10,169 bases of DNA, from positions 1 through 10,169 of the forward strand of contig JBIIGV010000100.1 of NCBI GenBank assembly GCA_044236265.1, given 5' to 3'. Position 1 is the stretch's first letter, and the number at the start of each line of letters is the position of its first letter. This DNA comes from Oligoflexales bacterium. Lineage in GTDB: Bacteria > Bdellovibrionota_B > Oligoflexia > Oligoflexales > RGVZ01. The notes beneath the pieces are model-generated. The model was not told the DNA's origin and ran no database searches. It worked only from the letters and a program-made list of their open reading frames with translations. Positions 1-7,148 of the stretch are shown one piece after another. The translations under genes were made by a program, and so were the position numbers.

Positions 1-38
1 TATCTGGCGGCGACATCGTCATTGAAGTTTCCGAATAA
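1..38 (+). CDS. Possible 3' end of an upstream gene (…SGGDIVIEVSE*), truncated by the window edge
   Basis: Frame starting at base 3 reads SGGDIVIEVSE and stops at TAA 36-38, 8 nt before the nth ATG, as expected for an operonic neighbour. Too short to identify. Confidence 0.3.
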   Translation, partial: SGGDIVIEVSE

Positions 39-46
39 GACGATCC

Positions 47-718
47 ATGTCCGGTCGCTCCTCATCAAAGTCTATCAGTTCCAAAAAGGCGCGTGTTGAA
101 GACATTCTCACGCGCCTTCGTGCATTAAATCCTGACCCTCATTGTGAACTTTATTACGAAACACCCTATCAGCTCCTGGTCAGTGTTGTCCTGTCAGCAC
201 AGGCCACCGACAAAAGCGTCAACGATGCGATGACGGATCTTTACAAAAACGGACTGACCGTTGATGATGTTCTGGCCATGGGCGAAGCGGGATTTCTAGC
301 CAAGATTAGGCGAATAGGACTCGCACCAACAAAAGCTAAAAATGTTCTTAAACTCTCAAAAATAATCAAAGAGCAGTACAAAGGCCAAATACCACGCACC
401 CGCGAAGAGCTTGAGGATCTGCCGGGAGTTGGGCAGAAAACTGCTAATGTGATTTTGGGTGAAATATTCCGTGAACCAACGATCGCTGTCGACACGCACG
501 TCTACCGTGTGAGCCAGCGACTTGGCCTGCAAAAAGAATCCAGCCCGGAAAAAGCGGAACTGAAGCTCCTCCAGATTATTGATCCAAAGTGGCTACCCAT
601 GGCTCACCACTGGTTTATTTTGCACGGACGCTACACGTGCACTGCCCGCAATCCCAAATGCGACTCCTGCACTCTCTATGAGATTTGCTCGAGCAAAGAT
701 AAAATCACATCACGTTAA
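47..718 (+). CDS. nth: Endonuclease III (HhH-GPD DNA glycosylase/AP lyase, [4Fe-4S])
   Basis: 223 aa. Shows LLVSVVLSAQATDKSVN, HhH motif LPGVGQKTA with the catalytic Lys, AVDTHV with the catalytic Asp, HHWFILHGR, and the FeS motif C-X6-C-X2-C-X5-C (CTARNPKCDSCTLYEIC). Confidence 0.97.
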   Translation: MSGRSSSKSISSKKARVEDILTRLRALNPDPHCELYYETPYQLLVSVVLSAQATDKSVNDAMTDLYKNGLTVDDVLAMGEAGFLAKIRRIGLAPTKAKNVLKLSKIIKEQYKGQIPRTREELEDLPGVGQKTANVILGEIFREPTIAVDTHVYRVSQRLGLQKESSPEKAELKLLQIIDPKWLPMAHHWFILHGRYTCTARNPKCDSCTLYEICSSKDKITSR

Positions 719-764
719 CAACCTGAGACCATTGCCTGAGCAAAGTCGCTGGTGTCTATAAAAT

Positions 765-1358
765 TCAGTGCGCGGTAAACTGATGAATCGCCTCGGATAG
801 TGGCTTAATCGGCAGCCCAATCACGGCCGACTCGTCGCCACCAATTTTGCTAAACAGCTTTCGACCCTCTCCCTCAGCTCGGTAACAACCGACACAGCCT
901 TCCCACTCACGGGTCGCAAGGTAATCTTCTATCTCCTGATCGCTGAGATGCCGCATCGTCATAGGCACATCTACAACCGTCTCAAAAACCGTCTCACAGC
1001 TTCCCGAATGATGAACCTCAACCAAACAAAATGCTGAGTGCAACGTGTGGGTCTTGCCACGAAACTGGCGAAGTCTCTGTCGAGCTTCCTCCTCTGTTTC
1101 GGCTTTATCGAATGACATGCCATCCAAGCTTAAAACCTGATCGGCCCCTATCACGAGGGAATCTGGGGGCGCATGCAGGGCAACGTCGATGGCCTTGAAT
1201 TCGGCACGTTTCGCGGCCAAAAACGAAGGCGGCAACCCCGCAATAGTCTTTTCATCAGCCTTAGGCGCCATCGCCTCAAACCCCAACCCAGCGTCATTTA
1301 AAAGCTTTTTTCTAAACGGCGAAGTGCTGGCTAGAATGATTCGTTTTGATTTGGTCAT
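765..1358 (-). CDS. maf: Maf-family nucleoside triphosphate pyrophosphatase, YceF-like subtype (probable m7GTP pyrophosphatase)
   Basis: 197 aa. Shows IILASTSPFR, ADE, VIGADQVL, GKTHTLHS, CVGCYRAEG and VIGLP. The F/Q/C/E residues at the subtype positions match YceF (W-Q-C-E) rather than YhdE (R-T-K-Q). Confidence 0.92.
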   Translation of the reverse strand: MTKSKRIILASTSPFRKKLLNDAGLGFEAMAPKADEKTIAGLPPSFLAAKRAEFKAIDVALHAPPDSLVIGADQVLSLDGMSFDKAETEEEARQRLRQFRGKTHTLHSAFCLVEVHHSGSCETVFETVVDVPMTMRHLSDQEIEDYLATREWEGCVGCYRAEGEGRKLFSKIGGDESAVIGLPIKPLSEAIHQFTAH

Positions 1359-1384
1359 CGGTTTGTGGTCTTATCTGCAGTCTT

Positions 1385-2656
1385 ATGTTTGACAATAAAT
1401 TCACAGCACCGCCCAATCCTACATCGAGCGACACGCTCTCTCAAGCGTCGTCGTCCGATCCGTCGGAAATTTTTTCTCCGGCTGAATTTTTGGACATTGC
1501 ACGCGACGAAAACTCCGTCACAGCAAGGGCTGCGAAGCTTTTTAAGACAACGCCAGAAACTTTCGTCAACTGGCGTTGGCAGATGCGCCACCAGGTCACA
1601 TCACTTGCGGAAGCCCGAGAGTGGATTGACATGCATGAGGCTGAGTCACTTGGATTTTCGAAGTTAGACCAAATCTTTCATGCTGGTGTAACGCCTTATT
1701 ATTTGAGCCTTGCCAAGCAAGACACATACTCTCAGCCTTGCCCGATCCGCCTTCAGGCACTCCCTAGAGTTGAGGAGCTCAATGATCGCTACGGAGTGAG
1801 TGATCCCTTACTCGAAAAAGAACACTCTCCCGTGCGCGAGGTGGTTCATCTATATCCGGACCGTGTTGCGTTCTGCGTGGCTCAGCTATGCCCGGTCTAT
1901 TGCCGCTACTGTTACCGTAAACGCCGCGATAACGAGTCTGGTCTGCATTTTAATCGTTCGATCATCGATCGTGGTATCGAGTATATTGCCTCAAACAAAG
2001 CTATTCGAGATGTATTGATCACCGGTGGCGATCCTTTTATTGCCAGTGATGGAGCGATCGAGTCTTTGCTGGAACGCATACGCGCCATTCCTCACGTCGA
2101 AATCATTAGGTTTGGAACAAGAACTCCAGTGACGCTCCCCTACCGCGTGACGCAGCGCCTGGCAAAAATCGTCTCCAGATTTCATCCAGTTTTCGTCAAT
2201 ACACACTTCAATTGCCAAGAAGAGCTCACTCTGGAGGCCAAGGTCGCCATTGAAAACTTGGTTAACCACGGCATACCGGTGGGCAATCAAGCTGTCTTAC
2301 TCAAGGGTGTTAATGACTCTTACGAGCGAATGCATGCGCTGTTGCGTGGACTACTCATGATGCGGGCTAGACCTTACTATTTATTTCACCCACACAATGT
2401 CGAAGGCACCGAGCATCTTCGACCCTCCGTCGACGTCGGGCTGAGCATTATGCGCAAACTCCGGGGCAACATCACAGGATTTGCCATTCCAAGCTACATT
2501 ATTGACACGCCGAGCGGTAAAGTTCCGATCGGCCACAATCACATCCTCGGACGTGACGGCGAAGACATCCTCCTCGAAGATGTGCGCGGAGAGATTTGGC
2601 GGGAAAAGGGAGTTTTCACCCCCAACTTCGAGACTAAATCAACGCTTGCTAAATAG
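1385..2656 (+). CDS. KamA-family radical SAM protein (lysine 2,3-aminomutase-like, PLP-dependent); substrate uncertain
   Basis: Shows NWRWQ, VTPYYLSL, DPLLEKEHSPV, VHLYPDRV, radical SAM motif CPVYCRYCYR, DVLITGGDP, IRFGTRTPV, NTHFN, NQAVLLKGVND, RPYY, and YIIDTPSGKVP with the PLP Lys. Start moved from 1346 (which overlaps maf) to the in-frame ATG at 1385, giving 423 aa; the exact start is uncertain. Confidence 0.93.
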   Translation: MFDNKFTAPPNPTSSDTLSQASSSDPSEIFSPAEFLDIARDENSVTARAAKLFKTTPETFVNWRWQMRHQVTSLAEAREWIDMHEAESLGFSKLDQIFHAGVTPYYLSLAKQDTYSQPCPIRLQALPRVEELNDRYGVSDPLLEKEHSPVREVVHLYPDRVAFCVAQLCPVYCRYCYRKRRDNESGLHFNRSIIDRGIEYIASNKAIRDVLITGGDPFIASDGAIESLLERIRAIPHVEIIRFGTRTPVTLPYRVTQRLAKIVSRFHPVFVNTHFNCQEELTLEAKVAIENLVNHGIPVGNQAVLLKGVNDSYERMHALLRGLLMMRARPYYLFHPHNVEGTEHLRPSVDVGLSIMRKLRGNITGFAIPSYIIDTPSGKVPIGHNHILGRDGEDILLEDVRGEIWREKGVFTPNFETKSTLAK

Positions 2657-3676
2657 GTAATGCCCCACAAACCACTCGCGGCCTTCGCGGAAATTCCAAA
2701 GTTCTGCGCAAGCCATGAAGAAAATCCGCCAGCGATTCACCATCACAGAGGGCGAATCACCTTGATGATTTGGGTGACGACGGAAGACGTCGAGAGCCTT
2801 ATCCCGATTGGCATCTAGATTTTTGAGCCACCATTCAGCCGTCTCACCATAGTGCGTTCCATTGACCTGCCACTTGTCTTCGATCTTCAGATGCTCCTGA
2901 AATCTCAGCGGCAAATCAAAAGCGGGCATAATTCCGCCAGTGAAGAAGTGACGCCCCATCCAGTCATCATCTCCAGATGTTTCAAATGGATACGTGTAAA
3001 ACTGATGGACGAAAATATGAAAGAATAATTTACCGTCTGGCTTAAGCCAGCCACTGACTCGCTCAAATAGGAGCTTCCAGTTACGCATATGCTCAAACAT
3101 CTCAACCGAGACGACCCGGTCAAATGTTTGATCAATATTAAATTCATTCATGTCACAGGTGATGACCGTAAGATTTTTAAACCCCTTACTTTTGGCAACA
3201 CCCTCAATGTACTGTCTCTGGGTGGCGCTGTTGGACACAACCGTAATGTTGGAACGCGGATATTTTTCAGCCATCCACAAAGACAGACTGCCCCATCCAC
3301 AACCCAGCTCAAGTACCGACTGCCCGTCTTTCAGTTGGGCGCGCTCGCAGGTCTTGGCTAACATGATCTCTTCCGCTTCGGCGAGAGACTCACGACCAGT
3401 CACAAAGTAGCAAGAGCTATATTTCTTCCTGGGTCCGAGGCAGTAGTCATAAAACTCCGTCGGTACTTCATAATGCTGCGCATTCGCATCGGCTGTGTGC
3501 AACGCTAATGGTGACTTATTCATATCTTGCAGGAATTGCTTCGTGGCCTCCCAAGACGCCTCGCCAGAAGTGCTGGCACATTGCTTCAAGCGAACATTCA
3601 AAAGCTGTCTGATACCAGCCCTAATTGCAAAATCAGGTGCAAGGCCCTTCTCAGCCAAGTCAATTCCGGAAATCAT
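2639..3676 (-). CDS. Class I SAM-dependent methyltransferase, Cfa superfamily, coclaurine N-methyltransferase-like subtype
   Basis: Shows ANAQHYEVP, KYSSCYF, VLELGCGWGSL, VSNSATQ, DRVVSVEMFEHMRN, FFTGGIMP and RWRIFFMACAELW. Likely start is ATG 3676 (MISGIDLAEKG, 345 aa), in an ATGA overlap with the upstream stop and preceded by AAGGA. The 43-aa extension to 3805 overlaps cfa and is unlikely. Confidence 0.9.
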   Translation of the reverse strand: MISGIDLAEKGLAPDFAIRAGIRQLLNVRLKQCASTSGEASWEATKQFLQDMNKSPLALHTADANAQHYEVPTEFYDYCLGPRKKYSSCYFVTGRESLAEAEEIMLAKTCERAQLKDGQSVLELGCGWGSLSLWMAEKYPRSNITVVSNSATQRQYIEGVAKSKGFKNLTVITCDMNEFNIDQTFDRVVSVEMFEHMRNWKLLFERVSGWLKPDGKLFFHIFVHQFYTYPFETSGDDDWMGRHFFTGGIMPAFDLPLRFQEHLKIEDKWQVNGTHYGETAEWWLKNLDANRDKALDVFRRHPNHQGDSPSVMVNRWRIFFMACAELWNFREGREWFVGHYLFSKR

Positions 3677-4953
3677 AGATTTGGTCCTTTCCCATATAGG
3701 CGCGCCTTGGAGCGCTTGTATTGTGGCTTGGTAAGAAGATATTGACACACGCCAATGACACGCTCTGAAAAGCCACCTTCGCAGTACGCAAAATAAAAAT
3801 CCCACATGCGCATGGTTGGGTCATTTAAGCCCATAGCCCTAAGTCTGGGCTCTGCGCGCCAAAACGCGGACCGCCACTCGCTAAGCGTCTTGCTGTAGTG
3901 CTCCGTGATGTCGTCAAAGTCTGTGAGCACCATATCCGTATAATCACGCACCGACTCCATCATGCGCGAAACGCTTGGAATATTACTTCCAGGGAATATG
4001 TAACGCTGGATGAAATCAACATTCCGGATGGCATTTTCGTAGGACTGATCCCTGATCGTGATCGCCTGTATCGCTGCAACCCCGTCATTGGTAAGGAGAT
4101 GACTGATCTTTTCGAAATACGTGTCCAAATAATTGTGACCAACAGCCTCAATCATTTCCACACTGACAATCTTGTTATATTTGCCCGTCAGTTTTCTGTA
4201 GTCGCAAAACACAGGGGTAACCAGATGTCCGAGCTTAAGACGCTCAACTTCGGAACGGACGTGATTATACTGATTTTGACTGATCGTGGCGGTCGTTACC
4301 TTACAACCGTAATTGCTGGCAGCAAAGATTGCGAGTGCTCCCCAACCAGAACCGATTTCCAAAAGATGATCTGACGCCGTTAGGTCTAGCTTCTCACAAA
4401 GAGCGTAGATTTTACGGAGTGACGCGCCCAGCATGGTGCTGTCTTCTTTCGTGAAAATCCCACAAGAATAAGCCATGGTCGGATCAAGCCAAGCATCAAA
4501 AAATTCATTACCCAAATCATAGTGTGCTGCAATATTCTTGCGCGCCTGTGCAATGGTGTCTCGGCGCATCACATGCCAAATCTTAAGAGCCGGCCATTTA
4601 AGCAGCGCAAGCCCCCCTTCCATCCCCTGCATGACGTCGCGGTTGCCACAAAAAATCCGGATGACCGCTACGAGATCGTCTGTGCTCCAATCTCCATCCA
4701 TGTATGATTCGGCAGCACCAACAGTTCCACCGAACACTACGCGCTCCCAAATCGAATCGCGCGTAACACGAATCATGGCCTTTGGCTCACCGGCGCGTTC
4801 AACTCCGCAGGTTGTCAAAGTTGAGCCTTCGGAGAAGACCAGGCACCCGTAACTTATCTTTGCTAGCTGCTTCAGAAGAAGCGCTCTCAGAGGCTTGGCA
4901 AGCCATGTGACACCCCATGTGGAGAGATTGACTTGTTCATTAATACCGCTCAC
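3673..4953 (-). CDS. cfa: Cyclopropane-fatty-acyl-phospholipid synthase family methyltransferase (Cfa/UfaM-like)
   Basis: 426 aa. Shows GAAESYMDGDW, NIAAHYDLGNEFF, LDPTMAYSCG, LLEIGSGWG, IVSVEMIEAVG, DFIQRYIFPG and WDFYFAYCEGGF. GTG start in a GTGA overlap with the DUF1365 stop, with SD-like AAGGGGG upstream. Confidence 0.93.
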   Translation of the reverse strand: MSGINEQVNLSTWGVTWLAKPLRALLLKQLAKISYGCLVFSEGSTLTTCGVERAGEPKAMIRVTRDSIWERVVFGGTVGAAESYMDGDWSTDDLVAVIRIFCGNRDVMQGMEGGLALLKWPALKIWHVMRRDTIAQARKNIAAHYDLGNEFFDAWLDPTMAYSCGIFTKEDSTMLGASLRKIYALCEKLDLTASDHLLEIGSGWGALAIFAASNYGCKVTTATISQNQYNHVRSEVERLKLGHLVTPVFCDYRKLTGKYNKIVSVEMIEAVGHNYLDTYFEKISHLLTNDGVAAIQAITIRDQSYENAIRNVDFIQRYIFPGSNIPSVSRMMESVRDYTDMVLTDFDDITEHYSKTLSEWRSAFWRAEPRLRAMGLNDPTMRMWDFYFAYCEGGFSERVIGVCQYLLTKPQYKRSKARLYGKGPNL

Positions 4954-5738
4954 GAAGGACCCCCTTCTTTAAGTTTCGGATGATCATAAAACCGTACCCG
5001 TTTGATTGCGTAAAGAATTCCTGCATTGACATAGATTCCAAGCCACACCTTAAATGTCATAAGGGGTCTGAGTACCATTTGTCGCAATATCTCAAATCCC
5101 GACAGACTGCGGCGCGCCAACATCAAATGAGCTTCGAAATCGACTCGTGACTCCACGCGATTCCATATGTTCACAGTCAACATCTTTCCCGGCTGACTGA
5201 GGTTCCAAGTATAATCCATCTCCATTGGTAAAAATGGCGACACATGAAAGGTCTTCTTGAATGAAAACTTGGCGATCTTCGAATCCTGGCTGGCCATCAT
5301 ATCAAACACATAGCAATGACGCTCGCCCCAAGGCGTGTTGGTAATCTCACCCACAATGTACACAAGGTTTTGCTGCTTATTAAAGCAGTAATAGAGCGCT
5401 AACGGGTTTATCACAAACCCAAAATGGCGTGGGTTAGCCAACATAAAGGCTTCGCCATCCCAATCGCCCTGGGTTTTTTCTTTTATTTCGGCGGCCAAAC
5501 GATCCTTCAAACTCGCCTCAGAGCGATGCGCGAGATAATCACCCTGACAAACCGAGACCGGTGCAAAAGCGGCCCGAGATATCAGCGGCCATGAGGCCTT
5601 TGGATCATCAACCTCAGACACCCTAAGCCAGAGCATATAAAGCGAGTATTTAAAGGCATGAGGGCGTTCGACATGACGACGATGCTCCACCACACCCTCA
5701 TAAACTGCATTATCCATAAACGCCCCAGCAGTCGTCAC
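4950..5738 (-). CDS. DUF1365 family protein (UfaO-like)
   Basis: Shows YEGVVEHRR…HAFKYSLYMLWL, FGFVINPLALYYC, EITNTPWGERHCY and KKTFHVSPFLPM, in the typical position between the FAD oxidoreductase and cfa. GTG start in a GTGA overlap preceded by GAGGTGA; alternative ATG at 5717. Confidence 0.9.
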   Translation of the reverse strand: MTTAGAFMDNAVYEGVVEHRRHVERPHAFKYSLYMLWLRVSEVDDPKASWPLISRAAFAPVSVCQGDYLAHRSEASLKDRLAAEIKEKTQGDWDGEAFMLANPRHFGFVINPLALYYCFNKQQNLVYIVGEITNTPWGERHCYVFDMMASQDSKIAKFSFKKTFHVSPFLPMEMDYTWNLSQPGKMLTVNIWNRVESRVDFEAHLMLARRSLSGFEILRQMVLRPLMTFKVWLGIYVNAGILYAIKRVRFYDHPKLKEGGPS

Positions 5739-6988
5739 AGACTCACCTCAGGATCTACAGCTTTTATAACTCTTAACGCACTCACAACTCCGTCTTCGTG
5801 AAACCCATTTGCCCAATAGGCACCACAAAAATGAGTCCCACTGACTCCCGATATCTCTCCATGTCGAGCCTGAGCCGCGACGGTTTTTGTCGTATATACA
5901 GGGTGCCTATAGGTTAGCTTTTTCAAAATTTTACGTTCATCCACGTGACCCTGACAGTTAAGACTGACCATAAACTGCGTGGGACAATCGTGCCCCTGTA
6001 AGATGTTCATATTGTAAGTCACGGAAACGTCGTCGGACTGAGCATCAAACAGGTGATAATTCCAGGCTGCCCACGCCAGTTTTCGTTTTGGCATCATTCG
6101 GGCATCCGTATGAATGATAATGTCATTGTTCACATACGGAATATCACCCAAGACCGAGCGCTCTGTTGAGGTTGCATCGTTTAGCAAAGCCAATGCCTCA
6201 TCGCTATGGCAGGCCAGAATGACGTGATCGAACTGCTGCCAATCATGGCCATCGACTTTCACCTGGGGCTTTCCATCTTGTCGCTTAATACCCACAACAC
6301 GATGATCCATTTTGAATCCACTACCGAGGGCGTCTGCAATTTTACGCGCATAGCTCCTCGATCCACCCTTAACGGTGTACCACTGCGGACGATCATCGAT
6401 ATTCAAAAATCCGTGATTTTCAAAAAAGCGAGCAATAAAGTAAATCGGCATGTCTTCAACACTTCGTGTTCCGGCAGACCACACTGCAGCCGTCATAGGC
6501 TTGATGTAGTAAAGCCCCAGTTCAGCCGGAAACTTATGGCGTTTCAAGAAAGCGCCTAAGGTTTCGTCGGTAGGCTGCTCAGTTACTATTTTTTTGCATT
6601 CTGCATTGAAGGCCAAAATTCCGTAAATCATCCGCCAAAATCTTGGGCGAATGATATTTGTTCGCTGCGCAAATAGCGCGTTTATCGATGTGCCGTTATA
6701 TTCAAGATTATCTCGCTCGCTGATTACGCTAAACGACATCGATGTCGGGCGTCCTTCCACACCTAACCTTTCGAGCAATCGAATAAAATTCGGATAGGTC
6801 TTGTTGTTGTAAACAATAAAACCTGAGTCAACGGGCCAAACCTTACCATCGGCTTCAAACTCATGGGTATGCGTATGGCCACCCAGATAATTTTGATTTT
6901 GAAACACAGTGACATCGTGCCGCTTATGCAACATCCATGCGGTCATCATTCCTGAAATGCCCGCTCCAACAACGGCTACCTTGGCCAC
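5735..6988 (-). CDS. FAD-dependent oxidoreductase, amine-oxidase-like (UfaD-like fatty acyl desaturase candidate)
   Basis: 417 aa. Shows Rossmann motif VAVVGAGISG, LGGHTHT, VDSGFIVYN…TYPNF, WYTVKGGS, HTDARMMP…AWAAWNY, VTYNMNILQ and CGAYWANGFHEDGV. GTG start with AGGA upstream. Confidence 0.92.
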   Translation of the reverse strand: MAKVAVVGAGISGMMTAWMLHKRHDVTVFQNQNYLGGHTHTHEFEADGKVWPVDSGFIVYNNKTYPNFIRLLERLGVEGRPTSMSFSVISERDNLEYNGTSINALFAQRTNIIRPRFWRMIYGILAFNAECKKIVTEQPTDETLGAFLKRHKFPAELGLYYIKPMTAAVWSAGTRSVEDMPIYFIARFFENHGFLNIDDRPQWYTVKGGSRSYARKIADALGSGFKMDHRVVGIKRQDGKPQVKVDGHDWQQFDHVILACHSDEALALLNDATSTERSVLGDIPYVNNDIIIHTDARMMPKRKLAWAAWNYHLFDAQSDDVSVTYNMNILQGHDCPTQFMVSLNCQGHVDERKILKKLTYRHPVYTTKTVAAQARHGEISGVSGTHFCGAYWANGFHEDGVVSALRVIKAVDPEVSL

Positions 6989-7148
6989 AGTTCCATCCTG
7001 TTATGCAATTAGATTTCCGGCCTAAAGAGTAGCAAACGACACCCCAATAAATCCAGCGCTTAAACAGGTAGTAACCCTTGTTAAACTTCGGTTTTCATCG
7101 GATCATATAACCCTTGGAATCGATCAATAATCTTGCGTCGAGGTTAGG
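6989..7148. promoter_or_regulatory. Divergent promoter region between the FAD oxidoreductase operon and the DUF1295-MFS operon
   Basis: 160-bp AT-richer gap between divergent starts. Contains TGATCC-N16-TAACAA on the minus strand (7105-7078) and a 9-bp direct repeat TAACCCTTG (7072-7080 and 7108-7116). Confidence 0.6.

Noticed and set aside
1346..1384. ORF-track start of the KamA-like gene at 1346
   Set aside because: It overlaps the divergent maf start; the next in-frame ATG (1385) avoids the overlap.
3677..3805. 43-aa N-terminal extension of the second methyltransferase
   Set aside because: It lies inside cfa; ATG 3676 has an SD and an ATGA coupling.
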